DNA of 64,000 nucleotides from Macrostomum lignano (Eukaryota): positions 62,001-126,000 of the forward strand of contig NIVC01002216.1 of NCBI GenBank assembly GCA_002269645.1. The letters run 5' to 3'. This document shows, in pieces, positions 1 to 11,840 of the stretch. The notes under the pieces are model-generated. The model searched no databases and was not told the origin of the DNA. It worked only from the letters and a program-made list of their open reading frames with translations. How positions within the stretch are numbered: position 1 is the first letter of the stretch; each line of letters starts with the position of its first letter. A program made the translations under genes and the position numbers.

Positions 1-345
1 TAGAGAGGGAGAGATAGAGAGGGAGAGATAGAGTGGGAGAGATAGAGTGGAAGGGATAGAGTGGGAGAGATAGAGTGGGAGAGATAGAGTGGGAGAGATA
101 GAGTGGGAGAGATAGAGTGGGAGAGATAGAGTGGAAGAGATAGAGTGGGAGAGATAGAGTGGGAGAGATAGAGTGGGAGAGATAGAGTGGGAGAGATAGA
201 GTGGGAGAGATAGAGTGGGAGAGATAGAGTGGAAGAGATAGAGTGGGAGAGATAGAGTGGGAGAGATAGAGTGGGAGAGATAGAGTGGGAGAGATAGAGT
301 GGGAGAGATAGAGTGGCAGAGATAGAGTGGGAGAGATAGAGTGTG
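1..345. repeat. 14-bp minisatellite (GGGAGAGATAGAGT)n
   Basis: direct inspection; runs off the window start. Confidence 0.95.
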
Positions 346-1044
346 AGAGACAAGAGAGCAGAAGCCCTCTTCCGCAAAGCTAACAAGCTTCCCAAAGAAA
401 GTGCCGGGACGCAAAGGAATTCCTTCAAAACAGCAAATATTGGAAGCGATGCGCATTCGCTCAGCGTCGCGGGCCTGCAAATTGCAGCTGGCGAGTTTAG
501 TTTTAGAAAAATGCGTCGAGTTTTAGCCAAGGCCCAAATTGTTAGCAGATGCCAAATTAGCCAGCAATACTATATAATGCAGTATGAAGTTGATGCACTC
601 TTATTCCTGTTCAGCGGACTTTTACGGCCGCACATCTAAATGCACTGTACTGCCGGGCGGGCGGTGTCCTCCTGAACCTCATGACACGCTTGGCGGCTGC
701 TCTGATTAAAGCCCGGCTCATTGAAAATGACCAGCAGAATTTTTACTGCTATTGAAGCCGTCGAGAGTTTGTCTGTCTGTGCACGTATGGGCCAGTGTGG
801 TCCGTGGGGACTCCTCTGCAACAACTTGGGGTGGGGTGGGGGGGCAACTCTCGTCATCTGTGCAGCTGGGTGAAGACCGCAGCTCAAACTCGATTAGAAG
901 TTTTATTTTCTAATCTTGAGAGCTTTCAGTCTTCAATTTGACAGCTGTTTTGGGGAGCACTTGTGGAATCCGTGCTCAAGTGTATGAGATTCGTGAGCTA
1001 GAAATGGGATGAACTGGGAGAATATGAGGTCTATTGAATTGTAA

Positions 1045-1945
1045 TGAGACACTGATGTGGTTATGAGATTCACTGATAGGAGAATGAGATTCACTGGTGG
1101 AAGAGTGAGATTCACTGATGGGTGAATGAGATTCACTGGTGGAAGAGTGAGATTCACTGATGGGAGAATGAGATTCACTGGTGGGGGAATGAGATTCACT
1201 GATGGAAGAGTAAGATTCACTGATGTGGTTATGAGATTCCCTGATAGGAGAATGAGATTCACTGGTGGAAGAGTGAGATTCACTGATGGGAGAATGAGAT
1301 TCACTGGTGGAAGAGTAAGATTCACTGGTGGGAGAATGAGATTCAATGGTGGAAGAGTGAGATTCACTGGTGGGAGAATGAGATTCAATGGTGGAAGAGT
1401 GAGATTCACTGGTGGAAGAGTGAGATTCACTGATGGGAGAATGAGATTCACTGATAGGAGAATGAGATTCACTGGTGGGGGAATGAGATTCACTAGTGGG
1501 AGAATGAGATTCACTGATGGGAGAATGAGATTCACTGGTGGGAGAATGAGATTCACTGATGGGAGAATGAGATTCACTGGTGGAAGAGTGAGATTCACTG
1601 ATGGGAGAATGAGATTCACTGGTGGAAGAGTGGGATTCACTGATGGGAGAATGAGATTCACTGGTGGAAGAGTGGGATTCACTGATGGGAGAATGAGATT
1701 CACTGGTGGAAGAGTGGGATTCACTGATGGGAGAATGAGATTCACTGGTGGAAGAGTGAGATTCACTGGTGGGAGAATGAGATTCACTGGTGGGAGAGTG
1801 AGATTCACTGATAGGAGAATGAGATTCACTGATGGGAGAATGAGATTCACTGGTGGAAGAGTGAGATTCACTGGTGGGAGAATGAGATTCACTGGTGGGA
1901 GAATGAAATTCACGATCACTGATGTGAAAATGAGATTCACTGACG
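1045..1945. repeat. 21-bp minisatellite (GAGATTCACTGGTGGAAGAGT / GAGATTCACTGATGGGAGAAT)
   Basis: two alternating variants; explains ORFs 933-2034. Confidence 0.95.
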
Positions 1946-2499
1946 GGAAAATGCGTGTGTGGAAAATATATCGAAGTAAAAATTAAATATGAATATCGAG
2001 CATAAGACAGACAGATGACAACCGACTCCTGCATTCAGCCTCAAGAAGGCTCAACAAGGACCTGAGCAGTGCGTGTCACAGTCTCTCGCCCGCAATTCGC
2101 TCCATCAAAAGTGGTTCGTCTCCGATTTATCAATCGCTCAAACACGGCTCAACGCTCTGTTTCCACTGCAGTCGAATATCCATCGAGTCACGCTATTCCT
2201 ACACGGGCTTCTCCCGCTCTGTCTGTCCTGCATTCAAGCCGCAAACTTGCAACCTGTGAATTCTGAGAATCAGTGGGCCTAGCAGCAGGCCCCACCTAAA
2301 ACTGTATTTGTCAGCTTCAGTCTCTGTTATGTAATAAAGCGCTGCATTCATCAGCAAGTCTCTGTGAGGTTCAATGGGAGCCTGATATTCAAACGGTGAT
2401 TTTACATACGTATGGGAGGCGCGTGCAAATGTTGGCTGACACGGGCGCTCTTATAGAGAGTTAATTGTATATTAGTATCCAGCTGGTTTCCCAGCAGCC

Positions 2500-3125
2500 T
2501 CACTAAATCACTCTCCTCAAAGCACCCTCCCTAAATCACTCTCCTCAAAGCACCCTCCCTAAATCACTCTCCTCAAAGCACCCTCCCTAAATCACTCTCC
2601 TCACAGCACCCTCCCTAAATCACCCTCTTCACAGCACCCTCCCCAAAATCACTCTCCTCACAGCACCCTCCCCAAAATCACTCTCCTCACAGCAACCTCC
2701 CTAAGTCACCCTCTTCCCAGCACCCTCCCTAAATCACTCTCCTCACAGCACCCTCCCTAAATCACCCTCTTCACAGCACCCTCCCCAAAATCACTCTCCT
2801 CACAGCACCCTCCCTAAATCACCCTCCTCACAGCAAACTCCTTAAATCACTCTCCTCACAGCACCCTCCCTAAATCACCCTCTTCACAGCACCCTCCCCA
2901 AAATCAGTCTCCTCCCAGCACCCTCGCCTAAATTACCCTCTCAAAATCACCCTCCCAAAATCACTCTCCTCCCAGCACCCTCCCTAAATCACCCTCTTCA
3001 CAGCACCCTCCCCAAAATCAGTCTCCTCCCAGCACCCTCGCCTAAATCACCCTCCTCAAAGCACCCTCCCAAAATCACTCTCCTCCCAGCACCCTCGCCT
3101 AAATTACCCTCTCAAAATCACCCTT
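2500..3125. repeat. 28-bp minisatellite (CAGCACCCTCCCTAAATCACTCTCCTCA)
   Basis: period 28 by inspection. Confidence 0.9.
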
Positions 3126-4244
3126 CGCACCCGCCATACGTCACTCCCTAGCGAGCAGCTTGAGCAAGATGCGATATTAAAAGGTACATTAAACAAAGCA
3201 TTGCAAACGTACTTACAAGCACAGCACATACCCAACCCCCCCCCCCTAGTTCAATAGTGCACCTAGTTTGGCAAAAATTTGATTTGCCAAACATCCCGAA
3301 TCCACTCTCCATGAGTCGCAGCCAGCCTCACCCTCTGGCCTCAATTAGTAGCAGCTGTCCAACTCAGCAGAGTCTAACATCGCACACACGCACAGCTGGC
3401 AGGGGTAACGAGAGAAGATGAGATGGCTCTCTCTCTCTCTCTTTCCAATCAGGCAGTGCGAGTCGGTTTGCTGGAGTGAAGCGAGTAAGCCTTCCATTTT
3501 TTGACTGACAGGGCATGTGCTATAACGCTGGGTTGTGTCCAGTTCTCTCCCTTTTTATGGATTGTCGCAACTCTCCCATTACAGTTAAGTTCTTATTGGT
3601 TAGACCGGGTTAGAAAACTTCAAAGATTTCTTGAGAAATTTCTAATAAAGGAAAAAAGACCCCCCCCTCGATAGTTAAGTCGCCATCTTTCTAATCCAGG
3701 TGTCTATTCTCTAGACCCCGATTCCAGGGACAGCTAACTTCCTTTGAATGAGTTGAAATTAAAATTTTATTATAGATATAGAAATAGTAGCTTGTACTTA
3801 AACAGGAGGGAGGTGGAAGCTGTGGCGGAGAGCGATGGGGAGGCGGTTGCCAGGTGGTCTTCATTAATCACCTTCAGAGCTCTGGGAGAGCCAGGCGATT
3901 CCGGCTGGCCACAAAGGTGCGCCTCAACTGCAAGTCAGAGACGAGAGGTGAACTGACTGTGAGTTTAAAGTAGCTTTTCCCGGGGACTAACATCAGGTAG
4001 GCTGAACGCATATGAAATTGTTTAAATTGCTCGCTTATCTAATCTACTTTAAGTAGACAGTTTGTTTTTAATTCAGATTTTTTTAATTCACACCAAAATG
4101 TGCTTTTACACTGCCGGAATTTTTAAAGAGTACAGGTGGTAAAATTGAGGGAGAAGTTGAAGAGTTTGATAAAAAGGAACTGCGTGTATTAAGGAAGAAG
4201 TAAGACAGACGGAGAGAATGGTAGATTGGGAAGACGGAGATGGA

Positions 4245-4860
4245 GAAAATATGGAATGGGGAAGAGAGAGATGGGGAGAATATGGGATGGGGAAGAGAGA
4301 GATGGGGAGAATATGGGATGGGAGAGAGAGAGATGGGGAGAATATGGGATGGGGGAGAGAGAGATAGGGAGAATATGGGATGGGGAAGAGAGAGATGGGG
4401 AGAATATGGGATGGGAGAGAGAGAGATGGGGAGAATATGGGATGGGGGAGAGAGAAAGATGGGGAGAGAGAGATGGGGAGAATATGGGATGGGGGAGAGA
4501 GAGATGGGGAGAATATGGGATGGGGGAGAGAGAGATGGGGAGAATATGGGATGGGGGAGAGAGAGATGGGGAGAATATGGGATGGGGGAGAGAGAGATGG
4601 GGAGCATATGGGATGGGGGAGAGAAAGAGATGGGGGCATATGGGATGGGGGAGAGAGAGATGGGGAGAATATGGGATGAGGAAGAGAGAGAGAGAGAGAG
4701 AGATGAGGAGAATATGAGATGGGGAAGGTAAATGGGGAGAACATGGGGTGGGAAAGGGAAATGGGGAGAACATGGGGTGGGAAAGGGAAATAGGGAGAAC
4801 ATGGGATGGGGAAGGTAAATGGGGAGAACATGGGATGGGGAAGAGAGAGATGGAGTGGGA
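4245..4860. repeat. ~31-bp purine-rich minisatellite (GAGAGAGATGGGGAGAATATGGGATGGGG..)
   Basis: period ~31. Confidence 0.9.
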
Positions 4861-5639
4861 GGGCCCAGAGCAGATGAATTGAGTCGCAGGCAGTTCAACC
4901 TGTGAGAGAAGGCAGCAAATGCAGCACACCTGATTCGCAGATATGTTTCAGAAGCAAAATCGACACAGAATAATCTCGCCCAGTTTTTTATCCACTGCTT
5001 CCCACAAGGGCGCTACTGCAGTCACTCAAAAATACATTTCAACCAGCTGTGAATTATCTTAAAATAGGGGTAGTCGCGTAATTATCTATCTGGATGGGTC
5101 TCCATAGCAACCAGCAGTTTGGATCATTAACAAGCAGCTGTCCCCAGCAGCTTCATCCGAAAACGCTAAAAGCTTATTACCGACAGGGTCAGGTCAGGAT
5201 TCCAGGCTGCAAAGTGGAAAAGTGGAGTTTCGTGGAGTTTCTTTATATGGCAGTTGGGGCTAATGGGATTCCAGGCTCGCTTTGGTTGGGGAGCAGACGG
5301 GGAAGTGGGGAAGAGGCTGCTGCGTGGGCCTTGGTGACTGGATCCCCGATGGCTGCTGTATGGCAGTGGATGACTATTAGAAAAGTCAATTATTGTTGTC
5401 TGCAGCTTAGCCCATGCTTGGGGCAACAGTTGTGTCTGATATTTTGTGATTAGCTGTAACTGTAGTGCATCAATAAGAGAGTGGACTTTGTTGTTTAGAT
5501 TAGCTATTAGCTTGTTAATTATCATTTGTTTATATTGTTGACCTTTTGTCAAAGTTGTGTTTAGTATGATCTAATAAATAGTGTTGCTATAGTGTCTATT
5601 CTAGATTGTTTCTGAGAATATCTGACTTTGTATCTACCT

Positions 5640-6574
5640 TTCCTATTCCATTCCGTTCAATTCCAATCCATTCCATTCCATCCCATCCCATTCCATTCCA
5701 ATCCATTCCATTCCATTCCATTCCATTCCATTCCAATCCAATCCAATCCATTCCATTCCAATCCAATCCATTCCATTCCATTCCATTCCATTCCATCCCA
5801 TCCCATTCCACTCCAATCCATTCCATTCCATTCCATTCCATTCCAATCCAATCCAATCCATTCCATTCCAATCCATTCCATTCCAATCCAATCCAATCCA
5901 TTCCATTCCATTCCATTCCATTCCATTCCATTCCAATCCAATCTATTCCATTCCATCCCATCCCATTCCATTCCAATCCATTCCATTCCATTTCATTCCA
6001 TTCCATTCCATTCCATTCCAATCCATTCCATTCCATTCCAATCCAATCCATTCCATTCCATTCCAATCCATTCCATTCCATTCCATTCCATTCCATTCCA
6101 ATTCATTCCATTCCAATCCAATCCATTCCATTCCAATCCATTCCATTCCATTCCATTCCATTCCATTCCATTCCAATCCAATCCATTCCATTCCATTCCA
6201 ATCCATTCCATTCCATTCCATTCCAATCCATTCCATTCCATTCCATTCCAATCCATTCCATTCCATTCCATTTCATTCCATTTTAATCCATTTCATTCCA
6301 TTCCATTCCAATCCAATACAATCCAATCCAATCCATTCCATTCCATTCCATTCCATTCCATTCCATTCCATTTTAATCCATTTCATTCCATTCCATTCCA
6401 ATCCAATACAATCCAATACAATCCATTCCATTCCAATCCATTCCATTCCATTCCATTCCAATCCATTCCATTCCATTCCATTCCATTCCAATCCAATCCA
6501 ATACAATCCAATCCAATCCATTCCATTCCAATCCATTCCATTCCATTCCATTCCAATCCATTCCATTCCATTCC
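5640..6574. repeat. (CATTC/CAATC)n pentanucleotide satellite
   Basis: ~930 bp; ends at the exon A acceptor. Confidence 0.95.
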
Positions 6575-6576
6575 AG

Positions 6577-6698
6577 GCGCGCTCCGGCTGGCAGCGAAGC
6601 TGAGCTACGAGGCGTCTCCGCAGCACCAGCTGCTCATCTCCGCTGCCGATCACGTGACCGGCCTGTCAGCCGAGCTGCACCTGACCGTGTTCCTCCAG
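6577..6698 (+). CDS. Fat-like cadherin exon A (end of a cadherin repeat)
   Basis: ttccag|GC acceptor; GALRLAAKLSYEASPQHQLLISAADHVTGLSAELHLTVFLQ; donor gtgaga; phase 1 to 0. Confidence 0.8.
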
Positions 6699-6861
6699 GT
6701 GAGACTCGGTAGAGAGGTGGAGAAAATTTATCGGCAAATAGTTATTTCCAGTCTGATTAAATGTTCATCTGAAATGAAAAAATCTGTTTAGAATGCGTCT
6801 AGCTACTCGTTCAGTAGGCTGATTTGCGCGAAAATTCTCTTTCTTCATTCATGTATTTTAG

Positions 6862-7778
6862 AAAGCTTCGCCAGCCGCCGACACTCCAGAATTTGTCGGC
6901 CCGGCAGCCGACGCCGGCGGCTTCTCAGTGACGATCTCGGAGGCGGAGCCGCCAGCGGCCTGGCGGCAGCGCGTTATCCTGACGGCTTCAGCGGCGACAG
7001 CCTCCGGCATCGGGGTCGCCTACCGGCTGGAGGGCGCACCCGATGATGTTGACGCTTTCGTCGTCGGTGCCGCCAACGGGCAGCTGCGGCTGCGTCGCTG
7101 GCTGGACTTTGAGACTCGCCGGCGCCACCGGTTCTGGCTGGTCGCCGCCGCCATGGCAGGTGAATCCCCACCGGCCGTCGCCCGCCTGCCCGTCAGCGTC
7201 CAGGTCGTGAACTCCAACGACTGGCCGCCGCGGTTTTTCCGGCGCGAATGGCGGCTGGCCGCGCCGCGCGACGTCTCCGACGATGACGAACCGCAGCGCA
7301 ACGGCGCCTTCGTTGGCCGGCTGCAAGCTCGAGATCCGGACCTCGGCGGACGCGGGGAGGTCGATGGTTCAAATCCTGAGCTGACTTACCGGCTGTTGCC
7401 TGGCGGCGACGCCGACCAGTTCTTGCTGCACCCGCGCTCCGGCGTGCTTAGATACCGGCCTAACTACCGGTTGCTAGGAGACGGCTGCCAAGCGCCACCT
7501 AGCGAGCTAACCTTTGTTGCTATGGTAACGGATTCGGTGCATTCCGATAGGTCACGAGTTCGAGTCCGCCTGCTGCCCGGCGGTCAGAGTCGTCGCAGTC
7601 CTTGGCGAAACGCCGACAGTCGCTGCCTCGCCTCATCCAGCCGGGGGCCTCCGACTCTGTGCGCTCGGCTCATTCAGCACGCCAAGATCCCGGAGAACGC
7701 GCCGGTGGGCCTCAGTATCCTGCGCGTGGCGCCCGCGTCATCTAGCGCTGGGAACTCCTCCTCGGATGATGCAAATCG
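6862..7778 (+). CDS. Fat-like cadherin exon B (cadherin repeats)
   Basis: ttttag|AAA acceptor in frame with ORF 6928; LDFETRRRH, VVNSNDWPPRF, IPENAPVG; donor CG|gtgcga (phase 2). Confidence 0.85.
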
Positions 7779-7904
7779 GTGCGACTGGGGATTCCCGTGT
7801 TTTTGTTGCTTAGCAACGGGGATTCCCCGACTAGCCTTTTGCCTGTGAATGATTTTGGTTGAGTATCAATAAGAATTCGAATTTCAAGTCGATTTGGTCA
7901 CTTA

Positions 7905-8240
7905 GCAATAGGAGTTTGCCTGTGAAATATGGGATCGATTTAGGTTGCTTAGCAACGGGAGTTTGCCTGTGAAATATGGGATCGATTTAGGTTGCTTAGC
8001 AACGGGAGTTTGCCTGTGAAATATGGGATCGATTCAGGTTGCTTAGCAACGGGAGTTTGCCTGTGAAATATGGGATCGATTTAGGTTGCTTAGCAACGGG
8101 AGTTTGCCTGTGAAATATGGGATCGATTTAGGTTGCTTAGCAACGGGAGTTTGCCTGTGAAATATGGGATCGATTTAGGTTGCTTAGCAACGGGAGTTTG
8201 CCTGTGAAATATGGGATCGGTTTGGTCACTTGGCAACAAG
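7905..8240. repeat. 47-bp minisatellite, ~7 copies
   Basis: TGTGAAATATGGGATCGATTTAGGTTGCTTAGCAACGGGAGTTTGCC. Confidence 0.9.
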
Positions 8241-8378
8241 AATTTACCTGTCGAATGTCAAGCCTATTTATTTAGTTTTCTTAACAACAATAATGTAGCT
8301 CGTACCTATCGAGTATCAAGTCAAAGTTGTTTAACAACTGGAATTTACCTGCAACTGACAACCACACGCTGCTTCCAG

Positions 8379-9218
8379 CGCCGTCTACCGCCTCATCGGC
8401 GACGAGGCGAACCGCCTGCTCAGCCTGGACTCGAGCACAGGTGAGCTGACGCTCCGGTCTGCGCTCGACCGCGAGCGAGAGCGCCAGCTGGACGTCCTCG
8501 TTGAAGCCATCACCGCGGACGCCAGCCGTCGCCAAGTCTGCCACGTGGTAGTCACCGTCGCCAACATTAACGACAACCTGCCTCACTTCGATTTTCAACA
8601 AGCCGACGTCATCCTGCAGGCGCCGGCGACCTCCGCAGATTCCGTCGACGTGTTCCGCCTGCGCGCTCGCGACGCCGATCATCCGCGCCGTCCGGTTGGC
8701 CGGTTCGAACTCGCGACCACCGGAGACAGCGCCGAAGGCTTCCAGCTCGACGCCACCAGTGGCCGAGTGACATTCATGCCGGCATCGGCCGAATTGCGGC
8801 AGCTCCCGAAAACTCGAATCCTCAAATTCTTCGCCGTCGACTTCGAACCGCCCCATGCTCGATCGGCGTCGCCGTTCCGTCTGGCGGTGCACTTTTCCGA
8901 CGGAAACGACACCGCCACCGACGCGGTGGTGCTCGCCGGCCTGACCTGCCAGCCGCCCTCCTGGAGCGACGTTCGCCTGTCGGAGGCCACGCCGCTGGGC
9001 GCCAGTCTCGCCGTCTGCCGCGTGGCCGCCGCCTCCTCTGCGGTCAGGCTGGAGGTCCGGGTCAGCGACGGCCCTGGTGGCGAGTTCTTTGAAGCTGCCG
9101 GCGACTCCTCTGACTCTGTGGACGGCGTCGGCGGCGGTAGCAGCTTTCGTTTGCGCCTCCGACGACGACTCAACGGGACGGCGACGCCCTATGGCCTGAC
9201 CGTGGCCGCCACTGTCAG
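8379..9218 (+). CDS. Fat-like cadherin exon C
   Basis: ttccag|C phase 2; AVYRLIG, LDRERE, NINDNLPHF, LSEATPLG; donor AG|gtttga. Confidence 0.85.
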
Positions 9219-9239
9219 GTTTGAGCAGCAGAACCGTTC

Positions 9240-9715
9240 ACTGACCCAGCTGACCCTTCACCAGACCCAGCTGACTCTCTCACCTGACCCAGCTGACCCT
9301 CTCACCTGACCCAGCTGACCCTCTCACCTGACCCAGCTGACCCTCTCACCTGACCCAGCTGACCCTCTCACCTGACCCAGCTGACCCTCTCAACTGACCC
9401 GGCTGACCAACTCACCTGACCCAGCTGACCCTCTCACCTGACCCAGCTGACTCTCTCACCTGACCCAGCTGACCCTCTCACCTGAACCAGCTGACTCTCT
9501 CACCTGACCCGGCTGACCCTCTCACCTGAACCAGCTGACCCTCTCACCTGACCCGGCTGACCAACTCACCTGACCCAGCTGACTCTCTCACCTGACCCAG
9601 CTGACTCTCTCACCTCACCCGGCTGACCCTCTCACCTGACCCAGCTGACCCTCTCACCTGACCCAGCTGACTCTCTCACCTGACCCAGCTGACTCTCTCA
9701 CCTGACCTAGCTCAA
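9240..9715. repeat. 22-bp minisatellite (CTGACCCAGCTGACCCTCTCAC)
   Basis: period 22. Confidence 0.95.
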
Positions 9716-9823
9716 CCCCTACACAGATCCTATCAGCTGCAACTTGAAATCTCCCGCAATGGCTAGCAGTAATTGACCCACAATTCAGTGACCTACTTAA
9801 CCGCCTTTGACCCAAATAAATAG

Positions 9824-11205
9824 GGTCAAATCGACCAGTCCGACCGCCCAGGCCGACATCGCAGTAGCGACAGCGGCGCTGACAGTGGGCTACAACCTTG
9901 AAGTCGACATCGCCCGGCCGCCGGTGTTCGAGTCCGCCGCCTACTCGCTGCTGGTCCGCGAGGACGCCGCGCCGGGCGAGCCGCTGCTGCCGCTGCGCGC
10001 CCAGGATCCCGGCGCCGACTTCCAGCTGACCTACCGGCTGGCCAACATCGAAAACGACAGCGTTGCCGGCAGCGGCGGCGAGGCCTTCAGCATCAACCCA
10101 GCCACCGGGCAGCTGCGACTGAGGCGCCGGCTGGACCGGGAGTCGCTGCCGAACGCCACCCTGCGATTTCTGGCCTTCGCTGCCGACTCCGCCGGAGCCG
10201 TCGGTCATCCCGCCGAGGTGACAGTCCGCGTCCTTGACGTCAACGACCAGCCGTTGAGGTGGGCAGCGCCGAGCTACGAGTCCTCCGTTTCGACTATTCG
10301 ACTCTCCACAGCAAAGCTCCGGCAGTCGGGATCGGCGGCAACCGTCGACTTGGTGCCCGCCGGCAGCGACCTGCTCGCCGTAGCTGACGACGATCCTGAG
10401 GACCGGCCGCCGGTTCGCTACTTCTCTCTTGGCGGCGGCCGCGGCGAAGGCGAAGGCGACGCCGACATCTTATTCGATGTCGACATCGACACTGGAGCCG
10501 TTTCCATGGCAACCAGTGGCGCCGCAATTGACGCGTGTCGCCGCATTCGCCGCCGCCGTCGCCGCCTTCTTCGGGGACGGCCGCTGGAGCTTCTCATCAT
10601 TGCTACTGACGGGGTATTCGGCACACCGCCGCGGAGGCTGCAGATCGAGCTGGACGACTGCACGCCGAGGCGGCGATCGAAGCGCTGGGCCGCCGCCGCC
10701 GCCACCGCCGCTGGCACCTCGGCGATTCCTCGGAGGCTTCGGCGGCATCGACTGCGCCTGTCGGAGGCGACGTCGCCAGGATCGACAGTGGCGGAGGTTG
10801 GCGGTGGCCTCGCCGCCGGTGTTCGGCGACGCTATCGACTGTCGGGCGCCAGCGTCGAAAAGATGTTCACCGTGGACGAGCGAACGGGCGCGGTGACGCT
10901 TAACGGCAGTCTGAATCGCGAAGCCGAACAAAGACTCTCGCTGACTATCGTGTCCGAAATTGGCGACAAAGACTTTTTAGCCGAATACGATGAAGAGGAA
11001 GACGCCGACTTCGACACGGAGATTGACGTCTTTGAGATCGACGTTCTGGACGAGAACGACTGCTCGCCGGAGTTCGTCATCGACACCGGCCCGACAGTCA
11101 ACAGGACGGCGGTCACGGCAGTCGGTGACACCGAGGCGCGGCTCTCCGAGGATGCGCCGCAAGGCTCCGCGGTGGCCAGGGTGCGGGCTGTCGACAGGGA
11201 CGCGG
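9824..11205 (+). CDS. Fat-like cadherin exon D
   Basis: aaatag|G phase 2 (weak pyrimidine tract); VREDAAPG, LDRESL, DVNDQPL, LNREAE, DENDCSPEF, AVDRDAG; donor gtgagt. Confidence 0.85.
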
Positions 11206-11384
11206 GTGAGTCGGCGGCTAACCTGATTTCGAAGAAAAAACTGATTTTCTCTTTGATCGACAGTTTTTTAGAACCTTCTGACTACTCTAGATAGTAGTAT
11301 TGTGAGAGTTCTATTCATTTCAGTACAGTAGTTATGCGACCTACTTTTGAGACTTGGTTCGTATCTAACAAATGAGCTATTGGT

Positions 11385-11840
11385 TTTATCCGACCCCATT
11401 TGAACTATCTGACCTCAGCTGACCCCATCTGAACTATCTGACCTCAGCTGACCCCATCTGAATTATCTGACCTCATCTGACCCCATCTGAACTATCTGAC
11501 CTCATCTGACCCCTCTGAACTATCTGACCTCAGCTGACCCCGTTTGACACCATCTGATACAATTTGACTCCATCTGACACAAGTTGACACACTCTGACAC
11601 CATCTGATACAATTTGACTCCATCTGACACAAGTTGACACACTCTGACACCATCTGATACAATTTGACACACTCTGACACAATTTGACACACTCTAACAT
11701 AATTTGACACACTCTGACACAAGTTGACACACTCTGACACAATTTGACACACTCTGACACAATTTGACACAATCTGACACAGTTTGATACAATCTGACAC
11801 AAGTTGACACCATCTGACACAAGTTGACACCATCTGACCC
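11385..11840. repeat. Composite array: 29-bp (TGAACTATCTGACCTCAGCTGACCCCATC) then 10-11-bp TGACAC-core units
   Basis: direct inspection. Confidence 0.85.

Noticed and set aside
2037-2070. ASRRLNKDLSS resembling an E2 ubiquitin-conjugating enzyme N-terminal helix
   Set aside because: Too short, with no following UBC motifs or convincing exon chain.
933-6791. Long repetitive ORFs (VNLILPP, SESHSP, MRFTGG, MEWNG, FHSIP, GERERW)
   Set aside because: All are translations of the 21-bp, 31-bp and 5-bp arrays. Only 6577-6698 is coding.
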